From a virus, in the IMG/VR virus record IMGVR_UViG_3300036406_001149: a stretch of 64,000 nt of DNA; one strand, 5' to 3'. How positions within the stretch are numbered: position 1 is the stretch's first letter; the number at the start of each line of letters is the position of its first letter. Of this stretch, positions 16,186-25,964 are shown piece by piece. The notes under the pieces were generated by a model. It made no database searches. It was given only the letters and a program-made list of their open reading frames with translations, and had not been told where the DNA came from. The translations under genes were made by a program, and so were the position numbers.

Positions 16186-17199
16186 ATGTCATCAGTTAAT
16201 AGCAAAGCTTTCCAACCAACACCAGAACTTACAGATCTTTTGATCCGTTCTGGCTCTCCAAACAGAGAGGTATCTTTAGCTGCCAATGCTGAGTTTGCAA
16301 AGGCCTTAGAACTTCCTCTCCGTAAGGGTTTGTTAAGTGGAGATATTCTAGACGGTATCTTCGAGCCAATTCGTTTAGCTCAAAGTGCCACTCCAGAATT
16401 CCCACTAGATTTTCTAGCCCCAGGTACAGAAAAGGACTTTGTTGCCTATACTGTTCCTAACCACGGCTATGTTCCAGAACGCCATGTTGAAGGCGATTAC
16501 GTCATGGTTCCTACTTTTGATATCGGTGCTAGTATCGATTATCTTCTAAAGTATGCTCGTGATGCTCGCTGGGACGTAGTTGGTCGTGCAATGGAAGTTC
16601 TTGAAAGTTCTTTCGTCAAGAAGATGAACGATGATGGCTGGCATACATTGCTTGCTGCTGGCGTTGATCGCAACATTGTTGTCTATGATAGCGATGCTGC
16701 TTCTGGCCAGTTCACCAAGAGACTAGTAAGTCTTATGAAGACTGTTATGCGTCGTAACGGCGGAGGTAACTCTGCTAGTAACAATAGAGGCATGTTAACA
16801 GATCTTTATGTTTCTCCAGAGTCAATGGAAGATATTCGTAATTGGGGTATTGACCAAGTTGACGAAGTTACACGTAGAGAAATCTACACTGCTGGTGATG
16901 GAGCCATCAACAGAGTATTCGGTATCAATCTTCATGATCTAGACGAACTAGGAGAAGGTCAAGAGTATCAACTCTTCTACTCCAGTGTTCTTAATGGCAC
17001 ACTTCCAGGTAGTGATAACGAAGTGGTTGTTGGCCTAGATCTTCGTAAGAGAGATAGCTTTATAATGCCAGTCCGTGAAGAAGTTCAAATTTTTGAAGAT
17101 GACACACTACATCGTCAAAAGAGAGCTGGCTTTTATGGTTGGGCTGAACAAGGCTTTGCTGTTCTAGACAATAGAAGAGTTATACTAGGTTCTCTATAA
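16186..17199 (+). CDS. Major capsid protein (HK97 fold expected)
   Basis: 337 aa, strong RBS, canonical position, followed by a terminator. Confidence 0.8.
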   Translation: MSSVNSKAFQPTPELTDLLIRSGSPNREVSLAANAEFAKALELPLRKGLLSGDILDGIFEPIRLAQSATPEFPLDFLAPGTEKDFVAYTVPNHGYVPERHVEGDYVMVPTFDIGASIDYLLKYARDARWDVVGRAMEVLESSFVKKMNDDGWHTLLAAGVDRNIVVYDSDAASGQFTKRLVSLMKTVMRRNGGGNSASNNRGMLTDLYVSPESMEDIRNWGIDQVDEVTRREIYTAGDGAINRVFGINLHDLDELGEGQEYQLFYSSVLNGTLPGSDNEVVVGLDLRKRDSFIMPVREEVQIFEDDTLHRQKRAGFYGWAEQGFAVLDNRRVILGSL

Positions 17200-17235
17200 T
17201 ACTATAACAGTCTTAAGACTATTATTAAAAATAAG

Positions 17236-17266
17236 AAGAGCTGCCTTAACCGGTGGCTCTTTTTAT
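17236..17266 (+). terminator. Rho-independent terminator
   Basis: AAGAGCTGCC-ttaacc-GGTGGCTCTT followed by a T-run, right after the capsid gene. Confidence 0.8.
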
Positions 17267-17331
17267 TTCACCACTATCGAGAATATACAGATTTGTTTTT
17301 GTAGACAAGCTAAACAGACAACGAAGACTTA

Positions 17332-17340
17332 GGTGTATAA
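17332..17340 (+). promoter_or_regulatory. Candidate late promoter GGTGTATAA
   Basis: Same GGTGTAT core at 14976, 20973 and 25919, each 45-70 bp before a start codon. Confidence 0.5.
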
Positions 17341-17401
17341 TACTTTATATCCTACTCTATTTTAATAGCTTAGAATATCCTATCCTTAAGGGCATAAACT
17401 A

Positions 17402-17809
17402 ATGGCAGCAGCCAAATATGACTTTGCTATAGAACAGGGAACATCATTTAAAATATCCTGGATATACAAAAACCAGAATGGAACCCCCATCAATTTAACA
17501 AACTGGTGTGCTAGACTTACTTGGAGAACTAACTTGAATGCCACCCAAGCGTTTCATTCTGAAAATACTGACTATAGTGTATATAAATTTACAATAGATG
17601 ATTTAAATGGAAAACTTACTTTGCTAATTCCCGCCTCAACTACTAATGGATTTATCTTCAACACGGCTAAATATGATCTGGAACTACGATCTCCAGATGA
17701 TTTATATGCTGGTGGTGGAGGTAAATATATTACTAGGATTGTATTTGGTACAGTTACTGTTGTTAAGAGATTTAGTCAAAATACTTCCAACTTAGACTGT
17801 AACATATGA
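17402..17809 (+). CDS. Virion beta-sandwich (BppU-N-like) protein, paralog of 26498..26935
   Basis: YDFAIEQGTSF...PINLTNWCAR...AKYDLEL shared with YNFDISKGSSL...PINLTNWQAR...ALYDLDL. Confidence 0.6.
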   Translation: MAAAKYDFAIEQGTSFKISWIYKNQNGTPINLTNWCARLTWRTNLNATQAFHSENTDYSVYKFTIDDLNGKLTLLIPASTTNGFIFNTAKYDLELRSPDDLYAGGGGKYITRIVFGTVTVVKRFSQNTSNLDCNI

Positions 17810-18069
17810 GTGATTTTATTGTTGAAATTGTAGATACAGAGAATAACATTATTGAGATAGAAACTAGTTATATTGAAAATATTAATAATCTAGAAATAGA
17901 AAGATACGAAACGTATAATGTTGATGTTATCAATACTGAAAAGATTCTACTTAGTGATCTACCAGATTCCTACCCTATGAATAAAATTATTGGAAATTTA
18001 TCTGTTTATAGAATTAGTGGATTAGACGATTACTTAGACTCATACCAATTCGACTGTGGAACACCCTAA
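17806..18069 (+). CDS. 87-aa acidic virion-associated protein
   Basis: ORF track; ATGA coupling; ends FDCGTP, like the IDGGTP end of the next gene. Confidence 0.55.
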   Translation: MSDFIVEIVDTENNIIEIETSYIENINNLEIERYETYNVDVINTEKILLSDLPDSYPMNKIIGNLSVYRISGLDDYLDSYQFDCGTP

Positions 18070-18091
18070 AATATTTTAATGGAGATTTATA

Positions 18092-19876
18092 ATGCCAGTT
18101 CAAACTAAAATTCAGTTTCGTAGAAGTATAGCAACAGACTGGGTCGCAGTCAATCCTATTTTAAGTGCTGGAGAAGTAGGCTATGAAACAGACAATAAAA
18201 AATTCAAGATAGGAGACGGTACAACAGCCTGGAATTCTTTGGCTTACGCAGCTGTTTTACCTTCTGAATTAAATGAATTGGTAGACGATAGAGTTAATGA
18301 TCTATTGGTCGCTGGTTCTAATATTGAAAAGTCTTACAGTGATTCAACAAATGCCTTAACCATATCTGTTACTGGAGTTTCCCTTCCCGGCCATACTCAT
18401 TCATCTTCTGCAATTACTGATTTTAATAGTAGTGTTAGTGGCTTATTACCAGTAAAAAATATTGTGGCTGGCACTAATATTGCTGTAAGTGGAAACAATG
18501 GAACATTCACAATATCTACTAATGGATTAGATGCTAATACAGTTAAAGATGTTATAGGAGCTACCATAACTGGGGTAAGTGGTATTAGAGCAAGTTATGA
18601 TGATACTAGTAAGGTAGAAACCATCTCAGTTACTGGATTAACTAGTTCTTATATTGGAGATTTTAATTCCTCGGTAAGTGGTTTATTAAATGTTAAGAGT
18701 TTATCTCAAGGATCTGGCATTGGCATAGTTAATAATGCTGGTGTTCAAACTATTAGCGTAACTGGAATCCCAAGTTCTTTAGTTACCGATCTTGGAAGTG
18801 TTGCTACCACTCAGGTAATTGGAAGAACTGGTATTGCTTTAACTTATGATTCTATTAATGATGCTATGTTTATCGATACTACTGGAGTATCTTTTGTTGG
18901 ACATACTCACACCTGGAATAATATAACAGACGCTTCTACAAGAGCAACACTAGCTGAACTAACATATCTGTCCGGAGTTGTTGCTGGTACAGCTTCTGCA
19001 AGCAGAGCTTTAGTACTTAATAGTACCCGTAGTATTGTTGGTATTAATAATTTAGCAACCACCGGAAACATTACAGTTGGTGGAGATCTTATTGTTCAAG
19101 GGACAACTACTACAGTTAACAGTACTACTGTAGAAATTGGTGATAACATTATCAGAGTTAATACTAGTGGCTTGAATACCGGAGGTATGGAAGTTTATAC
19201 AGGGACTGACACAAAGTCAGTTGTTTGGAATACATCAGCTAATAGGTGGGAATTTACTGGTGGAGATATTTATACTAGTGGTAATTTTATTGGATCATTG
19301 AACGGCAATGCTAGTACTGTTACAAATGGCGTTTATACAACAGATACTGGTACTGTTACTAGTACCATGATTGCTAACAACACCATTGTTGATGCAGACA
19401 TTAATAGTGCCGCTGCTATTGCATACAGTAAGTTAAGTCTATCTAATAGTATTGTAAATGGAGACATATCCAGCTCCGCAGCTATTGCTGATAGCAAACT
19501 AGCTACAATTAGTTCAAGTGGCAAAGTTAGCAATAGTGCAACAACAGCAACAGACAGCAATACTACTTTGGCTATTGTATCCCGTGATGCTAGCGGCAAT
19601 TTTAGTGCGGGAACTATTACCGCTAATTTAAGTGGTAATGCCAGTACAGTAACTAGCGGTGTTTATACATCAGATACTGGTACAGTAACAAATACCATGT
19701 TGGCTGGAAGTATAGCTAATAATAAGCTTCTTAATAGTTCGGTTACAATAGGCTCTACATCAGTATCTCTTGGAACAACAACGTCTACTCTCGCCGGACT
19801 AACAAGCATTAGCGGAGTTAGCGCAGCTAATCCAACAACACTATATTACTGCGTCATTGATGGCGGCACACCATAA
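18092..19876 (+). CDS. Tail fibre with Mtd-N/hyaluronidase-type N-terminal domain
   Basis: IQFRRSIATDWVAVNPILSAGEVGYETDNKKFKIGDG; S/T/G-rich shaft with HTH(His-x-His) motifs. Confidence 0.75.
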   Translation: MPVQTKIQFRRSIATDWVAVNPILSAGEVGYETDNKKFKIGDGTTAWNSLAYAAVLPSELNELVDDRVNDLLVAGSNIEKSYSDSTNALTISVTGVSLPGHTHSSSAITDFNSSVSGLLPVKNIVAGTNIAVSGNNGTFTISTNGLDANTVKDVIGATITGVSGIRASYDDTSKVETISVTGLTSSYIGDFNSSVSGLLNVKSLSQGSGIGIVNNAGVQTISVTGIPSSLVTDLGSVATTQVIGRTGIALTYDSINDAMFIDTTGVSFVGHTHTWNNITDASTRATLAELTYLSGVVAGTASASRALVLNSTRSIVGINNLATTGNITVGGDLIVQGTTTTVNSTTVEIGDNIIRVNTSGLNTGGMEVYTGTDTKSVVWNTSANRWEFTGGDIYTSGNFIGSLNGNASTVTNGVYTTDTGTVTSTMIANNTIVDADINSAAAIAYSKLSLSNSIVNGDISSSAAIADSKLATISSSGKVSNSATTATDSNTTLAIVSRDASGNFSAGTITANLSGNASTVTSGVYTSDTGTVTNTMLAGSIANNKLLNSSVTIGSTSVSLGTTTSTLAGLTSISGVSAANPTTLYYCVIDGGTP

Positions 19877-19903
19877 TATTTTCATAAAAAAAAGGAAAAC
19901 ACA

Positions 19904-20932
19904 ATGAGAGCTTTTTTTGGCTTCGGTAACAGTAATGGTAAATTATTCATTAGTCGTGCTACAAATAGACTCGTAGTTAGACAACAAGACAATATTAAAA
20001 AATTAGCTGCTATGAATGTGGGAGGGTGGGGTGACCCACACCTGTATATTAGACAGGCCCAAACTCTTAATCCAAATAACTACTCGTCTGGAAAGTTTTT
20101 AGCAAAATGGGGAGATAATAAAGTAGGGTCTGGCGGCACAGAATTACTTTTGCTAGATGTTGAAACACGCTTAATGAAGCTCAAGGTATACTACACTGTT
20201 AAAAATTGGAAAACGGCAAAAGCAATAGAAAGTTTTAGAATCGTTCATAATAATGTTACAAGAACCTTCAACAATACTGCATATACCACTATTGGACCAA
20301 TCACTATTTCTATAATAAAAGTTGGTACTGGAGCATTATCATATTTAAACTTTGAGATGAAATGGAATACAATATATAATATTACAAAACTTGGCGGCGC
20401 ACTAACAATGATCTTAAGAAAAGTAGCTGATTCAGGTGGTTTTTGGGTTGGAAAAGATGGAAGAACATGGGACGGATACGGAGAGGCAGGACAAACTTAT
20501 GGCTTAACAAGAGCTAGCTTTGAGACATCCGTAGGTGGATTGTCAATAGATGAAAACTCTAATGATATGTTTCGTGTTCAAGATATAATATTATCAGATG
20601 AAGATCTAGAAACAATAAACGTCGCACAAATAGAAGAATCTGATATTTTAGATGATTTAACAGACGAATCAACAAATGAATCAGTATCAGTATGGGATCA
20701 AAGTGTGCTTGGAGATGTTGAAGAAGGGATCGAAGGAAGTTTGACAATTTTCGAAACTCATGGAACTATTGATCATCACTTAGCTAATCTTGTTAATAAT
20801 GGAGCTACTATTGAGGGAATGAGTGCGGGAACGGCATCTTCTATTATTTCTAATTTTACAGCTAATAATGTATCATATGATGATGGTTATGTTTCTGGAA
20901 ATTCTATAATTGATGATAATTTTATTCCATAA
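19904..20932 (+). CDS. Hypothetical virion protein with WGDPH motif and acidic C-terminus
   Basis: ORF track; GWGDPHLY at aa 41-48. Confidence 0.55.
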   Translation: MRAFFGFGNSNGKLFISRATNRLVVRQQDNIKKLAAMNVGGWGDPHLYIRQAQTLNPNNYSSGKFLAKWGDNKVGSGGTELLLLDVETRLMKLKVYYTVKNWKTAKAIESFRIVHNNVTRTFNNTAYTTIGPITISIIKVGTGALSYLNFEMKWNTIYNITKLGGALTMILRKVADSGGFWVGKDGRTWDGYGEAGQTYGLTRASFETSVGGLSIDENSNDMFRVQDIILSDEDLETINVAQIEESDILDDLTDESTNESVSVWDQSVLGDVEEGIEGSLTIFETHGTIDHHLANLVNNGATIEGMSAGTASSIISNFTANNVSYDDGYVSGNSIIDDNFIP

Positions 20933-20972
20933 TATTATTAATCAGTTTGATATTTTGTTAAACTTGCCTTGA

Positions 20973-20981
20973 GGTGTATAT
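20973..20981 (+). promoter_or_regulatory. Candidate late promoter GGTGTATAT
   Basis: 55 bp upstream of start 21028. Confidence 0.5.
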
Positions 20982-21027
20982 ATTATTATTATAATCGCTC
21001 TACGGAACATCCAGGATATAAGTAAAA

Positions 21028-22563
21028 ATGGCTGTTAATGATTTAATAACATTTCGCAAAGGAACATCTTCAGCATGGACTTCGGTCAATCCAGTATTAG
21101 CTAGTGGTGAGCCCGGCTACGATTTAACAAATAGTATTCTTAAGATAGGAGACGGAGTTTCAAATTGGGTAGCTCTTAGTGGAATAGGATCAACTAGTGT
21201 TGGTGGTTCATCATCTTCGTCTGTTGGAGTTAGAGGAATAATAAGCACAACAGGAACATTGACCAGTTTTGCCGTGTCAGGTGGCTATCCTGTCGGGTAT
21301 TTAGATTTGTTCCAAGACGGAGTTAAGCTAGTATCAGACCTAGACTTTTCTGCAACAGATGGATCTAATGTTACTCTTAATAATAGTGTTCCATCAGGAA
21401 CAGTTTTAGAATATTTAACTATGGCTTCTGGAGTTTCTTCTGGGGGTAGTGGGGGTTCTAGTTATGATTCTAGATGGGATTTATTTCTTCCTCCGGCACC
21501 GACAGGAGTGACGGCTAGTCAGGGGAACGCTCAGGCCACAGTATCCTGGACAGCTCCAGCAGTTTTAAGTCAGACGCCGATTACAGATTATATAGTACAA
21601 TATTCATCAAATTCTGGTTCAACGTGGACAACATTCTCTGACGGAGCTTCTACCTCAACGAGTGTGGCTGTTACCGGACTGAGTAATGGAGCATCGTATG
21701 TGTTTCGTGTTGCTGGGGTCAATGGCGTGGGTACTGGAACATATTCGACGGCTAGTAGTGCAGTGACGCCGGGGAGTATGCTTGAGGTTCTCGTTGTCGC
21801 TGGTGGTGGCGGCGGTGCCACTTCTGTAGGCGGCGGTGGCGGCGGTGGCGGCGTAGTTTATTCGTCTGCGGTGGCCTACGCAACAGGCGTACAATACATC
21901 GTGACGGTGGGCGGCGGCGGCGCGGGCGTTGGCTCAAATACTGCCGGAACGAACGGCTCAAACTCCTCATTCGCTAGCCTGTTAGCTGTTGCTGTTGGTG
22001 GCGGTGGTGGTGGTTCGTTTGGTGGCAATAGCTCAGGCAAAAACGGAGGCAGCGGCGGCGGCGGAACCGGTTTCACAACAGACAGCAGATCGCTTGGCGG
22101 CAGCGGCACAAACGGTCAAGGTTACAACGGAGGCAACGGCGCTGGGCCTTATGGTTCTGGAGCATCCGGCGGTGGTGGTGGTGCTGCTAGTGCTGGCGGA
22201 AACGCATCCGGCGGCTCCGCTGGCGCTGGAGGTGACGGTGTTGGCTCTTACAGTACGCTTGCGGCAGCAGCCAGCGTCGGCGTACTCTACTCAGGCACGA
22301 GGTATTTTTCCGGCGGTGGCGCTGGTATCTCGGTGGGGGCGGATCAGGTCACGCCCGTCAATGGCAGCAACTCTGTTGGCTCTGCTGGCACGGCAAACTC
22401 TGGGCAGGGTGCGGGCGGTGATGGAGGTACTGCTGGGGGAGGCGGCGTTGTGATTATCAAATCGCAAGTCGCTGCAACGGCGACAACTGGTAGCCCTGTG
22501 ATTACGAACAGCGAGGGAAGCATCATCTACACATTCACTGGTACCGGGAGTATCACATTCTAA
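21028..22563 (+). CDS. Fibre/adhesin: Mtd-N domain + FN3 domain + glycine-rich domain
   Basis: ITFRKGTSSAWTSVNPVLASGEPGYD; FN3 PPAPTGVTASQGNAQATVSW...YVFRVAGVN; VLVVAGGGGG...GGGGVVII. Confidence 0.75.
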   Translation: MAVNDLITFRKGTSSAWTSVNPVLASGEPGYDLTNSILKIGDGVSNWVALSGIGSTSVGGSSSSSVGVRGIISTTGTLTSFAVSGGYPVGYLDLFQDGVKLVSDLDFSATDGSNVTLNNSVPSGTVLEYLTMASGVSSGGSGGSSYDSRWDLFLPPAPTGVTASQGNAQATVSWTAPAVLSQTPITDYIVQYSSNSGSTWTTFSDGASTSTSVAVTGLSNGASYVFRVAGVNGVGTGTYSTASSAVTPGSMLEVLVVAGGGGGATSVGGGGGGGGVVYSSAVAYATGVQYIVTVGGGGAGVGSNTAGTNGSNSSFASLLAVAVGGGGGGSFGGNSSGKNGGSGGGGTGFTTDSRSLGGSGTNGQGYNGGNGAGPYGSGASGGGGGAASAGGNASGGSAGAGGDGVGSYSTLAAAASVGVLYSGTRYFSGGGAGISVGADQVTPVNGSNSVGSAGTANSGQGAGGDGGTAGGGGVVIIKSQVAATATTGSPVITNSEGSIIYTFTGTGSITF

Positions 22564-22850
22564 TGGCACATTTTGCACAACTCGACGACAACAACATCGT
22601 CACACAGGTGATCGTTGTTAACAACGCGGAACTGCTCGACAACGGCGTCGAAAGCGAGGCCAAGGGCATCTCGTTCTGTCAGTCTTTGCTTGGCGGAAGA
22701 TGGATACAGACAAGCTACAGCGGCAGCATTCGCAGACAATTCGCTGGCATTGGGTTTTCTTACGATCCGCAGGCAGACGTATTCGTGCCGCCGCACCCAT
22801 TCCCGACGGCAACATTCACGCCAACTATTACCACATTTGCAAACAGATAA
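22563..22850 (+). CDS. MAHFA-family partner of glycine-rich proteins, possibly C-truncated
   Basis: MAHFAQLDDNNIVTQVIVV...WIQTSY...FAGIGFSYDP; GC-rich codons; paralog of 25570..25884. Confidence 0.65.
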   Translation: MAHFAQLDDNNIVTQVIVVNNAELLDNGVESEAKGISFCQSLLGGRWIQTSYSGSIRRQFAGIGFSYDPQADVFVPPHPFPTATFTPTITTFANR

Positions 22851-22896
22851 CATATCACAAAACCATACGATATTACAACTTAAGAAATAATAACAT

Positions 22897-23367
22897 ATGA
22901 CAAAAGCATATAATAATTCACTACTAGCACGAAACATAAGCATTAGCGGAGTTAATACCTCTGTTAGTGGGTTATTGTCTGTTACTAGTGGTAATTTTAT
23001 AAATTCACTACAAGTTAATAGTGTTAATGTTAGTGTTAGTGGGCATACTCACTCATCTTCAAATATTACAGATTTTAACTCTTCAGTTAGTGGACTATTA
23101 CCAGTGACCAATATAACTGCTGGTTCTGGAATTAGCATTAGCTCTAGTTCTGGCAATTATACAGTTGATAGTACGGTTATAATAAGTTATGCTACAACAG
23201 CTAGCTTTCCAGCTACTGGTTCAACCAACTCTTATTATTTAGCATCTGATACCAGTAGACTATATCAATGGACAGGATCATATTATGCCGAAATAGGACC
23301 ACCAACCGCAGGCGTTAATAATGCTCAAAATGCCGCTAATCTTTATCTATGGAACAACTTTAAATAG
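22897..23367 (+). CDS. Short fibre-like virion protein
   Basis: Shares GHTHSSS.ITDFNSSVSGLLPV with 18092..19876. Confidence 0.6.
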   Translation: MTKAYNNSLLARNISISGVNTSVSGLLSVTSGNFINSLQVNSVNVSVSGHTHSSSNITDFNSSVSGLLPVTNITAGSGISISSSSGNYTVDSTVIISYATTASFPATGSTNSYYLASDTSRLYQWTGSYYAEIGPPTAGVNNAQNAANLYLWNNFK

Positions 23368-23378
23368 GAGAATAAATT

Positions 23379-23762
23379 ATGGCTATTAGTCCCTCATTTG
23401 CCGCAACACCTAGAATAGGAAATGTCAGCATATCAACTGCTGAAAGTTCTTATACTTCCCCAACAAATTTTGGAACTTTAATTACTGGAGCATCTACAGG
23501 AACACGAATAGCAGAAGTTGTAGTAAAAAATGCTGCTACCAGTTCTGCTGCTATAGTTCGTTTATTTTTACATGATGGATCTACTTATTATCTTTTTGAC
23601 GAATATACTATAGCTGCCGCCACTGGATCAAGTACTGTTCAGCAAAGTAGAGTGAGTACCCAGTATAACAATCTTATATTACCAAGCGCCTCTTGGACTT
23701 TAAGAGTAACTACTAGCGTTAGTCAAGCCACCCACGTTACTGCTTTAGGTGCTGATCTATGA
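23379..23762 (+). CDS. 127-aa beta-rich virion protein
   Basis: ORF track; GGAGA RBS. Confidence 0.6.
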   Translation: MAISPSFAATPRIGNVSISTAESSYTSPTNFGTLITGASTGTRIAEVVVKNAATSSAAIVRLFLHDGSTYYLFDEYTIAAATGSSTVQQSRVSTQYNNLILPSASWTLRVTTSVSQATHVTALGADL

Positions 23763-24634
23763 ATAATGGTATTTATGGTTTTGGATCATCTTTAGCATCT
23801 TCTAGTCCATACGGACCATATGGAATATCTGGTTCTTCGTCTATTGTTGGAACAATAAGATTATTAGTTGTTGGAGGCGGTGGAGCTGGTGGTATTCGCT
23901 CAGGACATACTCCTGCTGGTGGTGGTGGAGGCGGAGGTGTACTTGAACAGCTTCTTGGAATTTCACTGCAAACAGAATATACGATAACCATTGGAGCTGG
24001 GGGAGCAGCGAATACCCAAGGTTCTATTTCTCGGTTTAGCAGTATCGTCGCAATAGGAGGAGGTGCTGGCGTTGGTCAAAATACGCCTATAGCATATGGA
24101 GCATCTAGTGGAGGCACTAGCACATCGATAACGAGACTAATATCTCTTTGCTCTACGCAAGGATTTTCTGGTGGTACTGGTCTTGCGGCAGCTACCGCCG
24201 CAGGAGGAGGAGGAGGAGCCGGGGCGCAAGGTGGTGACGCTGTATCTACTGCATCTGGTAATGGTGGTGCTGGTCGGTTAGCAACAATTACTGGATCATA
24301 CTATGGCGGAGGAGCTGGTGGTGGTTGTTACTCTAACGGAATTAATCCTAATGCTATTGCTGGCACTGGTGGTATTGGTGGTGGAGGGAATGGAAATGCA
24401 GCAGCATCCGTTGCAGCCGTAGCTGGGACAGCCAATACTGGAGGAGGAGGTGGGGGTGGAGGTGGAACAAATGCAAATCCAGCAACTGGTGGTTCTGGCG
24501 TTGTTATTGTTCGTTGGAATTCTTCCCAAATGAAAATTAATATAGGAGTAGGATTAACATTTACAACAACCACAGTAGGATCTGATACAATAGTTACCTT
24601 TACAGCAGGAACCGGAACAGTATCATGGAGTTAA
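23759..24634 (+). CDS. Glycine-rich domain virion protein
   Basis: LLVVGGGGAGG...GGGGGGGV...GGSGVVIVRW. Confidence 0.7.
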   Translation: MNNGIYGFGSSLASSSPYGPYGISGSSSIVGTIRLLVVGGGGAGGIRSGHTPAGGGGGGGVLEQLLGISLQTEYTITIGAGGAANTQGSISRFSSIVAIGGGAGVGQNTPIAYGASSGGTSTSITRLISLCSTQGFSGGTGLAAATAAGGGGGAGAQGGDAVSTASGNGGAGRLATITGSYYGGGAGGGCYSNGINPNAIAGTGGIGGGGNGNAAASVAAVAGTANTGGGGGGGGGTNANPATGGSGVVIVRWNSSQMKINIGVGLTFTTTTVGSDTIVTFTAGTGTVSWS

Positions 24635-24637
24635 TTT

Positions 24638-25555
24638 ATGCCATTTAATTTTCCAAATAATCCAACAGTAAATCAATATTCTCGTCAAAATAATAGAGTA
24701 TACCGATGGAATGGATATTCGTGGGATTTATTTGCTGATAATTTTTTACTTCGTGTGTTGGTGGTTGGTGGTGGAGCGGCTGGTGTTACTGCACAGGGAG
24801 GTGGCGGACGCCCTGGACCCGGAGGTGGTGGTGGCGGCGTGGTGGATCAGACCCTTGGCGTTCTACTTAACACATCATACTCCGTGACGATTGCTGCCGG
24901 TGGCTCTGTTGGAGCATTCCCCGGAAATAATAGTTTTTTTGATGGTATCACTGCCGCAGGCGGTGGAACGGGTTCGACATCTAGCGTTGGCTTCTCGCTT
25001 GCTACAGGTGCCGGATATTTGTTCCTGACCGGCAACAGCAACGGAGGCACTCGCAATGCGTCCTACATCACGACGCAAGGATTTTCCGGTGGCCTTGGCC
25101 AATCAAACGGAAGGGCTGGTGGTGGTGGCGGTGGTTCTGGTGGACAAGGGGGTGACGCCACTTCAACCGTTAGCGGTTCGGGCGGTATTGGTAGGTCTAG
25201 CGACATCACTGGATCGGCTGTTCTATACGGTCCCGGCGGTGGCTCTGGAGGCTACGTTGGAACATCTTCTGCTGGTTCTGGTGGTAGCACTGGTGGAGGC
25301 AACGGGTCGCAGGATGTTGCGTCTGCGGGATCGGCAGGTGCGGCTAATACCGGAGGGGGAGGTGGTGGTGGAGCAACTGATGGTACTAATTTCTCAGTTG
25401 GAGGAGTGGGTGGTAGCGGTGTTGTGATATTGCGATTTGATGCCATATTAAACATAACTCTTTCAGCGGGACTATCATACACTACAGCTTCTTTTGGAGC
25501 AGATACAATTGTTACAATTACAGCCGGTACAGGAACGGTTACATTTACAGTTTAA
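24638..25555 (+). CDS. Glycine-rich domain virion protein
   Basis: MPFNFPNNPTVNQ N-terminal anchor; VLVVGGGAAG...GGSGVVILRF; paralog of the previous gene. Confidence 0.7.
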   Translation: MPFNFPNNPTVNQYSRQNNRVYRWNGYSWDLFADNFLLRVLVVGGGAAGVTAQGGGGRPGPGGGGGGVVDQTLGVLLNTSYSVTIAAGGSVGAFPGNNSFFDGITAAGGGTGSTSSVGFSLATGAGYLFLTGNSNGGTRNASYITTQGFSGGLGQSNGRAGGGGGGSGGQGGDATSTVSGSGGIGRSSDITGSAVLYGPGGGSGGYVGTSSAGSGGSTGGGNGSQDVASAGSAGAANTGGGGGGGATDGTNFSVGGVGGSGVVILRFDAILNITLSAGLSYTTASFGADTIVTITAGTGTVTFTV

Positions 25556-25569
25556 ATAGGAGAATAATT

Positions 25570-25884
25570 ATGGCTCATTATGCATTTTTAGATGAAAACA
25601 ATATTGTTACTGAAGTTATAGTTGGTAAGAATGAAAACGAAGATGGTATTAATTGGGAAAAACATTATGGAGAATTTAGAGGAAAAACTTGTAAACGAAC
25701 TTCATATAATACAGTTGGTGGAGTTCATAGTGGAGGTGGAGTTCCATACCGAAAAAATTATGCTGGGATAGGTTATGTTTTTAGAGAAGATATTAATGCT
25801 CCAGAAGGAGCTTTTGTTCCACCCTGTCCTGGAGATGATCATACTTTAAATGAGAATACTGGATTATGGGAACTTCTAAGTTAG
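25570..25884 (+). CDS. MAHYA-family partner of glycine-rich proteins
   Basis: MAHYAFLDENNIVTEVIVG...KRTSYNT...RKNYAGIGY. Confidence 0.7.
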   Translation: MAHYAFLDENNIVTEVIVGKNENEDGINWEKHYGEFRGKTCKRTSYNTVGGVHSGGGVPYRKNYAGIGYVFREDINAPEGAFVPPCPGDDHTLNENTGLWELLS

Positions 25885-25918
25885 CCATTTAATTTAAAAT
25901 CTATCCCTTTCACTATAA

Positions 25919-25927
25919 GGTGTATTA
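25919..25927 (+). promoter_or_regulatory. Candidate late promoter GGTGTATTA
   Basis: 46 bp upstream of start 25965. Confidence 0.5.
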
Positions 25928-25964
25928 AAGACTAGGCACACTCTCTATATAAAAGGGTCAAAAT

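Noticed and set aside
17200-17400. tRNA or structured ncRNA in the post-capsid intergenic gap
   Set aside because: Explained by a terminator and a late promoter motif; no cloverleaf or T-loop signature seen here or elsewhere.
18092-22563. Diversity-generating retroelement suggested by Mtd-N domains
   Set aside because: No reverse transcriptase and no template/variable repeat pair differing only at adenines was seen; Mtd-N is only an anchor domain.
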